This document shows positions 28,966 through 38,960 of a stretch of 52,457 nt of DNA, piece after piece. Made by a program: the position numbers and the translations under genes. This DNA is from Phycisphaerales bacterium. Lineage in GTDB: Bacteria; Planctomycetota; Phycisphaerae; WQYP01. How positions within the stretch are numbered: position 1 is the stretch's first letter; each line of letters starts with the position of its first letter. The DNA lies in contig DAIDJN010000064.1 of the NCBI GenBank assembly GCA_027451365.1, forward strand, positions 1-52,457. Direction: 5' to 3'. Under the pieces are notes generated by a model. The model saw only the letters and a list, made by a program, of their open reading frames with translations, ran no database searches and was not told where the DNA came from.

Positions 28966-30246
28966 TCAGGCGGTCGGCCGAACCGCGATGCGCCCGATGC
29001 GCCGCTTTCCCACCTGAAGAACAGGCTGGCCAGCCACGGAAACCATCAGCTTCGGATCGGTCACTTTTTCTCCGGCGAAGCTGACTGCGCCATTTTCCAC
29101 CAGACGGCGAGCCTCAGACGTGGAGGGGGCAAAACCGACCGCTTTAATCAGGTTCAGTACGCCAATACGGTTGTCGATTATAAGACCCGCATCCACCGCC
29201 AGTTCCACTATATTGGACGGAAGTTCACCCTCCGAAAAACGCCGGCGAAAATCATCTGCCGCGGCCCGGGCGGCATCCGCGGAATGGAATTGCTCCACAA
29301 TGGTTTGGCCTAGGATTTCCTTGGCCTTACGCGGATGCGTCTGCTGGCCATCGATCAGGGATTTAATACGGTCTTCCGGCAGCGGCGTACACAGCCGGAA
29401 CCAGGCGGGCATGGCCGCATCCGGAATGCTCATGGTTTTGCCGAATTGCTCGGTTGGCGGCTCATTGACGCCGACATAATTGCCAAGCGATTTGCTCATT
29501 TTCTGCTGGCCATCGGTACCGATAAGAATCGGCATGATCATGACCACCTGCGGGCGCTGGCCCTGACTTGCCTGAAGGTCTCGTCCGACAAGGTTGTTAA
29601 AGGTCTGGTCGGTGCCCCCTAGTTCAACATCGGCGCGGATCATAACCGAATCCCATCCCTGCATCAGGGGATACATGAATTCGTGGATGTAAATGGCCTC
29701 GCCGCTTTTGTGCCGGTCATGAAAGGTGTCGCGTTCCAACATACGCGCGACGGTCATCTGCTGGGCAAGTTTTAAAGCGTCGGCGAAATTCATAGCCGAC
29801 AGCCATTCGCTATTTCGGCGAATTTCCAGTTTTTCAGGACTGGTATCCAGAATTTTCCCCGCTTGGGCGAAATAAGTCTGTGCGTTGGTATCAATCTGTT
29901 CGCGGGACAGAACCGGCCGAGTCTTCTTTTTTCCTGTGGGGTCGCCGATCATGGCGGTGAAATCACCGATAATCAATACGGCGCGGTGGCCCATATCCTG
30001 AAACTGACGCAATTTGCGCAGCACGACGGCGTGCCCCAGATGCAGGTCCGGTGCGGTCGGATCCATTCCGAGTTTTATACGCAGTTGCCGCCGCTCTTTT
30101 TCCGCCAGAATCAGCAGTTGGCGCAATTCGGCCGGGCTGTACACATGATCCGTCCCGGCTAATAGATCAGCCAGGCGTCCATCCACGGATTTGCCCGCTG
30201 TCAAGTTCTCAAAAGCAGGTTCTTTATCTGCGGGTGTTGCGGTCAT
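28966..30246 (-). CDS. tyrS: Tyrosyl-tRNA synthetase
   Basis: Motifs DPTAPDLHLGH, YPLMQGWD and KMSKS; C-terminal S4 domain. Start is approximate. Confidence 0.97.
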   Translation of the reverse strand: MTATPADKEPAFENLTAGKSVDGRLADLLAGTDHVYSPAELRQLLILAEKERRQLRIKLGMDPTAPDLHLGHAVVLRKLRQFQDMGHRAVLIIGDFTAMIGDPTGKKKTRPVLSREQIDTNAQTYFAQAGKILDTSPEKLEIRRNSEWLSAMNFADALKLAQQMTVARMLERDTFHDRHKSGEAIYIHEFMYPLMQGWDSVMIRADVELGGTDQTFNNLVGRDLQASQGQRPQVVMIMPILIGTDGQQKMSKSLGNYVGVNEPPTEQFGKTMSIPDAAMPAWFRLCTPLPEDRIKSLIDGQQTHPRKAKEILGQTIVEQFHSADAARAAADDFRRRFSEGELPSNIVELAVDAGLIIDNRIGVLNLIKAVGFAPSTSEARRLVENGAVSFAGEKVTDPKLMVSVAGQPVLQVGKRRIGRIAVRPTA

Positions 30247-30334
30247 GGGAGTGAAGTATCCTTCCGTTAAAGCTTTGGCTGCCAGATTTAATCTGTCTGT
30301 CTGGCGGTTATTGTACCGTGCCACGCGGTTTTGC

Positions 30335-31450
30335 TCACGAGTGGCCCGGTTTGGGCAGCCCGTGAAAGGTAATATACAGAACCGAGACAGTGTTGAAGGT
30401 CGCGTGGAGTGTCATATCCGACCAGAGATTGCCGGTCCGTTCATACAGGTAACCCAGCCCGATGCCCAACAGGAAAAGCACGGGAAACCAGTCGGCCGCT
30501 CCCGGGGCCATCAGCATGTGCACCGCCGCAAAAATGGCGGCGGTAATAAGGATGCCCGCCCACCGATGCACCGGCCTGATCGACAGCAATTCGGCCGCGC
30601 GGGTATCCTCCGCCGACTGCAGCGCCGGCACTGTCGGCTGGCTGGCCGAAAAGCGATCCAGGGCCGGGGCTGGAATTGAATTTTCGCAAGCAGCGTCTAA
30701 ATTGCCGACGGTTGTTTCAGGAGGCTTTACAGACGGCTTTTCCGGCGCATTGGCGGAGGTATCTGTCCGGCTGATGCTGGGCGATTCGGCTTGTGTATCC
30801 AATGCCGGCCAGACTGCGGAACGGGCGGGACGATTTCCAAGGCGGGCAAACCGTTCCACCAGATAGGATTGAATAATGCCCCGAAAAAACAGCTCTTCGC
30901 CAATGGGTGCCGAGACACAGGCAAGCAGCGCAAGCGCCCATTGATGCAGTGGCGCCGGATGCGAAGCCAACTCCTTGATCAACGGATGGACCGGCTCGGG
31001 AGCGGCATGGGCCGACTTCAGCAACAGGGTCACGATTACCGCTACATTTATCAGCAGGGGAAAAAGCAGAACATAGGCCAAAAGGCCGCGCCAAAGGCCC
31101 GCAGGCAGGCGTCGCCAGTTCCAGCCCAAACCGCCAGCCTGGCCGATATGACCGATAAAAGCACGCCTTGCGATATAAAGAATCGCGGCAATGCCCAGAA
31201 TTTTTCCGACAGTGTCCGAAGCGATCAGTGTCCAGGAATTCCAGATCGCATTTTTTGCGATCGGCGGCGGTACCAGTATCGTGCCGATCAGATTACCGAC
31301 AAGAAATATGCCCATAACGGCTAAAATATGAATCCATGTCAGGCTGTTGCGGCGCTGCGGCGCATGGACAAAGCCAATGGAACCGAACACGCCGACACGT
31401 TTGAATATCGACAGACTTGTGATACATAGAAGCGGCAGGATAAGATTCAC
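30335..31450 (-). CDS. CPBP (CAAX protease/Abi) family intramembrane metalloprotease
   Basis: Motifs EELFFRG, FAAVH and H..FN; many TM segments. Confidence 0.9.
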   Translation of the reverse strand: MNLILPLLCITSLSIFKRVGVFGSIGFVHAPQRRNSLTWIHILAVMGIFLVGNLIGTILVPPPIAKNAIWNSWTLIASDTVGKILGIAAILYIARRAFIGHIGQAGGLGWNWRRLPAGLWRGLLAYVLLFPLLINVAVIVTLLLKSAHAAPEPVHPLIKELASHPAPLHQWALALLACVSAPIGEELFFRGIIQSYLVERFARLGNRPARSAVWPALDTQAESPSISRTDTSANAPEKPSVKPPETTVGNLDAACENSIPAPALDRFSASQPTVPALQSAEDTRAAELLSIRPVHRWAGILITAAIFAAVHMLMAPGAADWFPVLFLLGIGLGYLYERTGNLWSDMTLHATFNTVSVLYITFHGLPKPGHS

Positions 31451-31492
31451 GAAGTTTTAGTTCCTTAAGGTTGCAGGTTAAAGGATAGTCCG

Positions 31493-32308
31493 CTGAATAT
31501 ACTCCAACAGATTGTTGAAACGAAAAAAATGGAAGTCCAGGCCGCGCGGGAAAATGCGCCACTGTCCGACCTGCAAAAGCGCTGCTCGGACTTGCCGCCA
31601 ACCCGCAATTTTTTTGCCGCCATTACTCGCAAGCCCACCGGGCTTGTGAATGTCATTGCCGAGGTCAAAAAGGCGTCACCATCCGCTGGCGTGATTCGCG
31701 CCGACTTTGACCCGGTGGCCACCGCCCAAGCGTACCATAATGCGGGTGCGGATGCACTTTCCGTTCTAACCGATGAGAAATATTTTTCGGGCCATTTATC
31801 CTATCTCCAGCGGATACGCGATGCCGTGCCGCTGCCGATTCTCCGCAAAGATTTCATGATTGACCCGTATCAAGTCTGGGAATCACGGGCGGCAGGTGCC
31901 GACGCGATTCTTCTGATCGCGGAAATATTGACCGATTCGCAGCTTTTTGACCTTCAAATTCTGGCGGCGGAGCTTAATCTGACGGCGCTCGTGGAAGTAC
32001 ATGAACTCGACAGCCTGCTGCGTGTGCGATCTATTCTTGGCTTTCCGATGCGCAGTTACAGCCTGCTGGGAATCAACAATCGGGATTTGACCACCTTTGC
32101 GGTGGATTTAAAAACAAGTCTTCGCCTGGCGGAATTTGTGGAAGATAAATCCATTCTGGTGGCCGAGAGCGGCATTAAAGACCGGGCCGATATTCAGCAG
32201 CTTAACGGAGCGGGTATCGGAGCTGTTCTGATCGGCGAAACATTGATGCGCAGCGGCGACATTGGCGGCACCATGGCCAATCTGAAAGGCATTTTCCGGC
32301 GGTCGTAA
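31493..32308 (+). CDS. trpC: Indole-3-glycerol phosphate synthase
   Basis: Motifs IAEVKKASPS, LRKDF, GINNRDL and AESGI. The N-terminal helix NILQQIVETKK lies upstream of ATG 31529, implying a CTG start at 31493. Confidence 0.95.
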   Translation: MNILQQIVETKKMEVQAARENAPLSDLQKRCSDLPPTRNFFAAITRKPTGLVNVIAEVKKASPSAGVIRADFDPVATAQAYHNAGADALSVLTDEKYFSGHLSYLQRIRDAVPLPILRKDFMIDPYQVWESRAAGADAILLIAEILTDSQLFDLQILAAELNLTALVEVHELDSLLRVRSILGFPMRSYSLLGINNRDLTTFAVDLKTSLRLAEFVEDKSILVAESGIKDRADIQQLNGAGIGAVLIGETLMRSGDIGGTMANLKGIFRRS

Positions 32309-32666
32309 ACGAGTGGGCCATCAGCACGCCCGCCGGGGGGCATGTATCAATTCGGTCATAAATCAGATTAAAACCGGTGCGTTCCCGCCCGCGGGTGGAT
32401 GGGGCTATGTTGTGGGAAAATCCGACCGGAACGGGAATTGGCGATGCGGCCTGGAAAAAATACGGGCCGGTTCACATTGAACCGGCCCGCTGCCTGTGGT
32501 TTTGTTAGCTCGCCTGAACCGTTGTATCCGTTACCGGAGTTGAACTTTTCAGCGCGCTCATCGTGGCGGCGAAATGCCGCCGGAAAAAAGGGGTTAAAGA
32601 AACTATGCTTCGATTAACCGCGAAGCGCGGTACAAAAGCGCTCGGGTTCAAAGAGCGGGAGTCGGT

Positions 32667-33053
32667 TTAGCGACCACCTGCCCGCTGAGCCTGGAAGCAA
32701 TCGCGACAATAAACCGGCCGATTACCGGACGGCTTGAAGGGAACTTCGGTGGGTTGGCCACACGAAGCGCAAGTTGCCGGGAACATCTGACGTGGGCCGG
32801 ACGAGAATCCGCGTCCACCGCCACCGCCGCCACCGCCACTGGAACGACCAGCGCCGGAGAAACTCCGACCGCCGCCGCCGCCACCGCGTTGACCGCTGTC
32901 ACCCTGCTGGGCCTTGCGGGTATCCCGGCATGTTTTGCAACGTTTGGGTTCATTGGTAAATCCACGTTCTGCGAACCGTTGCTGCTCGTCCGCGGTGAAA
33001 GTGAATTCTGTGCCACAATCGACACATACAATTGTTTTGTCGTCGTACGACAT
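32667..33053 (-). CDS. Zinc-ribbon protein with CxxC-x17-CxxC domain and Gly-rich linker
   Basis: CVDCG..F.F...EQ..F...GF.NEPKRCKTC followed by CASCG...VPFKP...PVYCRDC. Confidence 0.9.
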   Translation of the reverse strand: MSYDDKTIVCVDCGTEFTFTADEQQRFAERGFTNEPKRCKTCRDTRKAQQGDSGQRGGGGGGRSFSGAGRSSGGGGGGGGRGFSSGPRQMFPATCASCGQPTEVPFKPSGNRPVYCRDCFQAQRAGGR

Positions 33054-33309
33054 AAGTGTGCTCCACTGGATAAACCAGAAATGAGAGGAATAGAGCGATG
33101 GGCGGTGCGGGAATGGCTTCGGCCAACCTCGAACTCGGGCGCTACAGCCCACAGGCGTTTAGGATTATACCCATTCGGAAATGAAACGCAACTAAATAAT
33201 TTGAATTTTGTAAAAAGGATGATTTCCCGCTATCTGGCTCAACCGTGGGGTAAAAGGGCACCAAACGCCCCAGCTATGGGTTTGCCGCCCCGCGAGAACG
33301 GGGCGGGAT

Positions 33310-34440
33310 TTAACCCTGCGGAGGCGGAAGATTTCGCACAAATTCGGTTAGCTCGTTTTGGCCGGGGCTGGCGGCATTGCGTACATAGTAGCCGCTGGTG
33401 GCTGTTCCCATGCAAAGTGCCTCGTGCAGGTTCAGGCCAAGCAACAGACCTGATACGAAGCCCGCGTTGAAATGATCACCGGCGCCGGTGCTGATTTTTG
33501 GTTCCTGCACAAACGGCCCGGCAAACCAGCCGGAGCCATGAATATCAGCGGCGGCCGCTCCGGACCGCGGGTGCACCACGACGCAAGCCAGCTTCAGGGC
33601 GGATTGAATGTCTACGGCAAGCTTCAGCGCGGCGGAGTCGTCCGTGGGGGCGGGTGGCCGCTTTAGTGCGCGGGCGACCTGCTGTGCTTCTTTCAGATTC
33701 AGGCCTAGAACCACCTGAACGTGCCGCTGAAGCTTCTCCAGAAGTTTAAGTGCGCCAACAAGGTCTTCCACCGTCCGCTTTTCCGGATCGGCCAGATCCA
33801 CGAATAACAGCTTTCCCTGCATTTCCACCTCGGGAAATATATCCGCGATCAGATGTTCCCAGATTTCATTCATCCAGGTCAGCATGGTCCAGTTTACAGT
33901 CGCGACCAGCCGCGACGATTTGACCATGGCGACCAGTTTGTCCCGCCCGACGCGAGATTGAATGGTCGCCCAGTTGATATCCGCAATGGCGGTGAGTTTG
34001 CCGAGCATGAGCTTGCCATCCAGAAATTCCAGCGCATCGGTATTGCAAGGTTCGGCAATGCTGATAACCGTGGCGATTTTAGCCATCGGCTGAAATACCG
34101 GGTGAATTTCCGGATAACCCAGGCCCCCCAGATAGGTCACCCGGAATCCCAGCGAGGCCATGGCATTGGCCATAATCGGACCATTGCCGCCCAGCTTGCG
34201 CTGGACCCGCACCAATTCGATATTGGCGCTTTGGCCGGCGGCTTCCGCGGTGCGGCGTGAAAACTGGGCAATTGTTTCCATGCGTTGAAATTCTGTGGCG
34301 CTGGCGCGTTTATCCACCACGTGAATAATTTCATCCACAAAGCCATCCAGCCCGATCAGGGCGTCAATCTGTATGGGGTGGGCTGCGGCCAGCTTGCCGG
34401 CCACGGCTGTGCAAATGTCCGACCGGGAGGGTTGATCCAT
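33310..34440 (-). CDS. PfkB-family carbohydrate kinase
   Basis: Motifs KLGGNGPIMANA and STGAGDHFNAGF. Confidence 0.85.
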   Translation of the reverse strand: MDQPSRSDICTAVAGKLAAAHPIQIDALIGLDGFVDEIIHVVDKRASATEFQRMETIAQFSRRTAEAAGQSANIELVRVQRKLGGNGPIMANAMASLGFRVTYLGGLGYPEIHPVFQPMAKIATVISIAEPCNTDALEFLDGKLMLGKLTAIADINWATIQSRVGRDKLVAMVKSSRLVATVNWTMLTWMNEIWEHLIADIFPEVEMQGKLLFVDLADPEKRTVEDLVGALKLLEKLQRHVQVVLGLNLKEAQQVARALKRPPAPTDDSAALKLAVDIQSALKLACVVVHPRSGAAAADIHGSGWFAGPFVQEPKISTGAGDHFNAGFVSGLLLGLNLHEALCMGTATSGYYVRNAASPGQNELTEFVRNLPPPQG

Positions 34441-34573
34441 TGATGAGGTCTCCAGAAAACCGAATGTAAGGTCAAAAGGATAACAGGTCGGCGGCGCAAC
34501 CGCCAATCTGCCCGCGTGGGCGGCGGCGGACCAATTGTCGTCACGACCTGATGTCAGCATAACTGGAATAGGG

Positions 34574-36157
34574 TTAAACGACCTGATCCACCAGCACCAC
34601 GGTCCATGGTGAAAGGGTGCGCCTGATGGTCAGCGTGCCTTGTCCATCCGCCAGGACCGTCTGGTGATCTGTGGCTAGCGCGGTGCGACGCAATTTCTGG
34701 GTCTGTTCCAGCGAAAGCGATGCCGGCGAGCCCATGTGTTCCCAGGCGGTTACCACATTGCCGTGCTCGCGATCCAAACTTTCCAGCGTGAACGCCTGAC
34801 CGGCGGTGAATCCGGGAATCACAATTTCCAAATCGGTTGCCGAACCCATGGCCAGAATCTGTCGCGCGGTGTCCGCATTTTCCATGGATGCGGGAATGGA
34901 AAGTTTCATTTCCGGCGGATAATGATAAGCCAGCAGGGTAATCTTTCCTGAGTCGCTGTGGCGTGTTGCCACCGCGCCAGGAACAGCGGAAATCAGTTCG
35001 TCACCCAGTGCATTCAAAAAGCGATAGGCATGGAAGACCGGCTTGGGAATACCCTGAAAATTGATCATGCCAAAGCCGCCATGAAAGGGCGTATGACCGG
35101 CACCGCCTTCTTCAAACACATCGGTAAACGTCCAGTACGAAAGTGAATCCACCAGGCCGATGGATTCCAGATTGGCCTTGACTACAAACGTGGCGGCCTG
35201 CAGAAAATCATGGGTATGATCCCGCGGCGAGGAACTGGAACTCCATTCCGTCAGATGAATTTCGGCGGCCGGAAACGCGGATCTGTTCACGATTTTTCGC
35301 AACAACGCCAGGTCGCGCGGTGTGGCCCCCGCACCGCGCGTGTGCCCGCGGCTTTGCCCATGGGAATCCAACGGCCAATCGGTGGGATACGGATGGCAGG
35401 AAATAAAATCAAGCGGCAGATTTTCGCGCTGGCAGAATTCCATGAACGGTTCAATCCAGACCGGCTTCCAGTTCAGTGCATCAAGGTCTTCCGCGTTTAA
35501 AACCGCGGTATGACAGGAAAAATCCTCGGTCTGGCCGTCAAACCGCGCGTCGGGCACAAAATTGCTGGTGGCCGGGCCGCCGACACGCAACTTGCCATCT
35601 ATGGCTTTAATGGCCTTGGCGCTTACCTTGTAAAGATCAAAATACTGGTCGCGCGTACCGGTGAAAAACGGCTTGAGATTCGGCTCGTTCCATATTTCAA
35701 AATACCATTGGCGCACTTCCTGAATTCCGTAGCGGTCCACCCAGTGGCGGACCGTTCGCGACACAAGTTCGGACCATGTCCGGTTGTTCGTGGGCGGCGA
35801 ACCATTGGCTTTCCACCAGAATACAGTGCCGCATTGCGTTGCCAGGTCGCCGGGACAGAAGCCGAATTCCACAAATGGCCGGATGCCGCGCGCCAGCAGG
35901 CTGTCAAACAATTCATCCACATACTGAAAATTGTAAATGTCCTGGCCGTTCACACGCCGGAAAACAAACATGTCATCATGAAACAGTCCATGAAAACGAA
36001 TGTACCGAAAACCGCAGTTTTCAACAGCGCGTTCAAGCTGGGAAAGCCAGTTGGCTCTTAACCCTTCATTGGCGCGGCCGGCCCCCACGCACAGATTCCA
36101 AAAATGGGCCAGCGGTTCGGCCGCGTCCATGCGATGATTGAAAATAGAAATAGACAT
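34574..36157 (-). CDS. Glycoside hydrolase family 39 (beta-xylosidase-like)
   Basis: Motifs YIRFHGLF, WNEP (acid/base), ISCHPY, LTEW (nucleophile) and SYWTFTDVFEE. Confidence 0.92.
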   Translation of the reverse strand: MSISIFNHRMDAAEPLAHFWNLCVGAGRANEGLRANWLSQLERAVENCGFRYIRFHGLFHDDMFVFRRVNGQDIYNFQYVDELFDSLLARGIRPFVEFGFCPGDLATQCGTVFWWKANGSPPTNNRTWSELVSRTVRHWVDRYGIQEVRQWYFEIWNEPNLKPFFTGTRDQYFDLYKVSAKAIKAIDGKLRVGGPATSNFVPDARFDGQTEDFSCHTAVLNAEDLDALNWKPVWIEPFMEFCQRENLPLDFISCHPYPTDWPLDSHGQSRGHTRGAGATPRDLALLRKIVNRSAFPAAEIHLTEWSSSSSPRDHTHDFLQAATFVVKANLESIGLVDSLSYWTFTDVFEEGGAGHTPFHGGFGMINFQGIPKPVFHAYRFLNALGDELISAVPGAVATRHSDSGKITLLAYHYPPEMKLSIPASMENADTARQILAMGSATDLEIVIPGFTAGQAFTLESLDREHGNVVTAWEHMGSPASLSLEQTQKLRRTALATDHQTVLADGQGTLTIRRTLSPWTVVLVDQVV

Positions 36158-36534
36158 GTATTCCTTGTTGTCAAGTTAAATTCGCTGCCGGAAATTCCTC
36201 CGCCGCTTCGCCGTGGTGCCACTTTGCCCTTTTAGCCTCCGTGGAACCGTACCGGCGCGGCACAACGCGGCTGTGGGTGCACTGTATGCAATCGCCAAAA
36301 TGGCCGCCGCCGGAAAACCACGCGGAACCCAACGCGTGGAAAAATCCATCAGCCATTTTGGCATGAATGATATAACAGATTTCAGTCCTACGCGACATGG
36401 GCTTCGGCGGCATCCAAACCGCCGCGCAAAGTGCCAGGCACGCGGGTGCCGTGATAGTGTCAGCGGGTTGTTTGTCGGTGTGGGCGATTGCCGTTAAACT
36501 TTTGCCATGTCGTCGGATATTACATTTATCACCA

Positions 36535-37371
36535 ATGAAGGTGTTTGGGCGTTGTGGGAACACTTCGCGGGTTCACCCCGCCGCAGGCCCTTCCGCCGCG
36601 CCGTTTATATGGGGGAGAGAAAAAATCGGCAGCGCCTGTAAAAACTCGCCGCAAGACTCCGCATCGAGCAGCCGATTAAGGGACCAGCCCGTGGCCGAGC
36701 GGCCACGTGAGCGGCTTATTGAATGTGGGGCCGAGGCGCTAAGTCCTGCGGAACTTATCGCCATTCTTGTCCGGACCGGCACACGTGGCACGAATGCTTT
36801 GGACATTGGTCGGCAGTTGGTGCAGAAGTATGGCTCGCTTGGTGCCATGGCTCAGGCATCGGTGGAGGATTTACAGAGCGTTCGGGGCATTGGTCGCGAT
36901 AAGGCCGTTACGCTCGTGGCGGCGTTTGCGCTGGCCCGCACACTGGCGCAGGAATTACAGCGCGAACAGCCCTTACTGGATAACCCGGAGGCCATTGTCC
37001 GGCTGCTGCGCGATCAGAACCGTATGAAGGATGTGGAGACCGTGGAGATTGTGCTGCTGAACACCCGCCGCCGCTTGATTCGTATTGAGCAGGTGTCGCA
37101 AGGCACGCTCGATACAATTCTGGTGCATCCCCGCGACGTGTTCAAGGCCGCGATCACCGCTTCCGCGGCTGCCATTGTTCTGGTCCACAACCACCCCAGC
37201 GGAGACCCGACCCCAAGCGAAGCCGACATTAAGGTTACGCGCGAAATTATTCAGGCCGGGAGAGTCTTAAAAATTGAGGTGCTGGATCATCTGATACTTG
37301 GCCGGGCCACGTCGGACAGGCCGAAGGATTACTCGTCCCTGCGGGAGCTTGGATATTTCGAGGAAAGATAG
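36535..37371 (+). CDS. radC: RadC/JAB-domain protein (full-length type with HhH region); start uncertain
   Basis: Motifs ERPRERL, GIG..KA, HPRDVF, HNHPSGDPTPSEAD and LDHLI. Confidence 0.9.
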   Translation: MKVFGRCGNTSRVHPAAGPSAAPFIWGREKIGSACKNSPQDSASSSRLRDQPVAERPRERLIECGAEALSPAELIAILVRTGTRGTNALDIGRQLVQKYGSLGAMAQASVEDLQSVRGIGRDKAVTLVAAFALARTLAQELQREQPLLDNPEAIVRLLRDQNRMKDVETVEIVLLNTRRRLIRIEQVSQGTLDTILVHPRDVFKAAITASAAAIVLVHNHPSGDPTPSEADIKVTREIIQAGRVLKIEVLDHLILGRATSDRPKDYSSLRELGYFEER

Positions 37372-37487
37372 GGTTTCCATTGCAATTACGGCAAGTTTAC
37401 AGAAAGGATTCAGCGGGGTAATATCCGCTTCTGCTATGGCTTTATGCCGTAGAGTGTCAGGCCGAACGTTGGCTTTGGGAAATCTTT

Positions 37488-38885
37488 ATGATAAAGAAGT
37501 TAGAAATACCGGCCGGCAGCCCTTCGGAGGAGCAACTCAAGGCCTTGCACGCCCGCTTCCGCGCGTCGCTAGCGCTTCTCAAATCCGAGGATTCCGAGGT
37601 GAGGCTACCATTGATTGTTGAGTTTTCAGGTTCCCCTAAATCGGGGAAATCTACAATCATCAATATCCTTACTCATTTATTTAAGCGTCTGGGAGCCGAT
37701 GTGGCGGCTCCAGCGGAGGGTGCCTCGTTACGAACTCCGCCGGGTTTGCGCGACGATTGGCTTTCCTTCAACGCCTGGTCGGGATGTTATGCGCTGCAAA
37801 ATATCCTCATTGATTGTCACGAAAATCCACCATACCAACTCGTAATTTTGGATCGAGGGCTCTTCGATGTTGCCGGATGGATGGAATTCCTATTCCGCGC
37901 CCAAAAGCGTATAACCGATCAGGAGCGCGACGCCATCACTAAGTTCTTCAACCTGGATGCTTGGATGCGCCGGGAGAATATCATCTTTTTGTTTACTGCG
38001 GATCACGAAACATCGCTTGCGCGCGAACGCCATTCCAAGCTCATTGACGAGGAAGGGTCGGTAATGAACAAAGACACACTCAAGCAACTGCAGGATGCCT
38101 ACCAGACTGCCGCTAATGCATTTGAGGGCGATACCGCACCGAAGATTTTCCATGTGGATACATCAGACACCGGGGCTTCTCGCGTAGACTTTCAGCAGGT
38201 CGCGTACGTTGTTGCGGATGCTGTCACCACGCTCATAGAGGATGTGTCGGCACAGTTGTTGTTGGTGACGAAGCCCGTAACATTTGAAATGTTCAACCGT
38301 GACAAGAAGGTTATTGAAGACACCATTCGCGCCATTCTCCAAGACGGCAAGCCTCAATTCCTTAGGCGCGAGCAAGCCGAAAAATCACGTGAGGTGCAAC
38401 AGATCGTCATTTACGCGTTGCTGGTGAACTCGGAGGGTAGATATTTCTTCGCCCGGCGGCGTAGCGATGCCCGGCGTGTGGAGCTGCGGAAAAGGGGGAC
38501 TCTGCTCGTCGGCGGTCACGCCGAGCAGCGCGATTGGGACCCCAAGGCCCCACGTTCCATTTTCCAACGTTGCTTGGGCCGTGAGCTGGATGAGGAGCTC
38601 ATCGGCATTTCCGCCGACCACATCGATCCAATTGGCTTTGTCAACGACAATAGGAACGAAATGGGCAAGCAGCATCTTGCATTTATCCATCAGGTGAAGG
38701 TCGGAGGGAAGGCTGTCATACGCCGACAGGCCCTAGATGCTGAGTTTGGACGTGGCTCCAATGAATGGTTGACCCGTGATGAAATTGCCGCACGGATGGA
38801 TTCATTGGATCCTTGGTCGCAGCTTGTTGCATCCGAATTTTTTAACCTTCCGATGCCGACAAATTCACAGATGCCGCTATTCTAA
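37488..38885 (+). CDS. Thymidylate-kinase-like P-loop domain fused to a Nudix-like phosphoesterase
   Basis: Walker A GSPKSGKST and LDRG motif; C-terminal GGHAE...RELDEEL, GFVND and HLAF. Confidence 0.8.
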   Translation: MIKKLEIPAGSPSEEQLKALHARFRASLALLKSEDSEVRLPLIVEFSGSPKSGKSTIINILTHLFKRLGADVAAPAEGASLRTPPGLRDDWLSFNAWSGCYALQNILIDCHENPPYQLVILDRGLFDVAGWMEFLFRAQKRITDQERDAITKFFNLDAWMRRENIIFLFTADHETSLARERHSKLIDEEGSVMNKDTLKQLQDAYQTAANAFEGDTAPKIFHVDTSDTGASRVDFQQVAYVVADAVTTLIEDVSAQLLLVTKPVTFEMFNRDKKVIEDTIRAILQDGKPQFLRREQAEKSREVQQIVIYALLVNSEGRYFFARRRSDARRVELRKRGTLLVGGHAEQRDWDPKAPRSIFQRCLGRELDEELIGISADHIDPIGFVNDNRNEMGKQHLAFIHQVKVGGKAVIRRQALDAEFGRGSNEWLTRDEIAARMDSLDPWSQLVASEFFNLPMPTNSQMPLF

Positions 38886-38923
38886 TTTTGCCACCCCCGT
38901 TGGGTTAATCCGTCTCCCACGCC

Positions 38924-38953
38924 TTGGCGGTTTGCCGAACCCGCCCGTATAAT
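38924..38953 (+). promoter_or_regulatory. Sigma70-like promoter of hsdR, probably leaderless
   Basis: TTGGCG-N18-TATAAT, ending 7 nt before ATG 38961; no SD. Confidence 0.55.
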
Positions 38954-38960
38954 CGCAAAC

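Noticed and set aside
32754..33470. 238-aa plus-strand ORF and similar long antisense ORFs (e.g. 19506-20288, 21735-22454, 38877-39461)
   Set aside because: These are shadow frames opposite well-supported genes in GC-rich DNA.
36397..37371. radC disrupted by island integration
   Set aside because: The JAB motif and C-terminus are intact; only the start codon is ambiguous.
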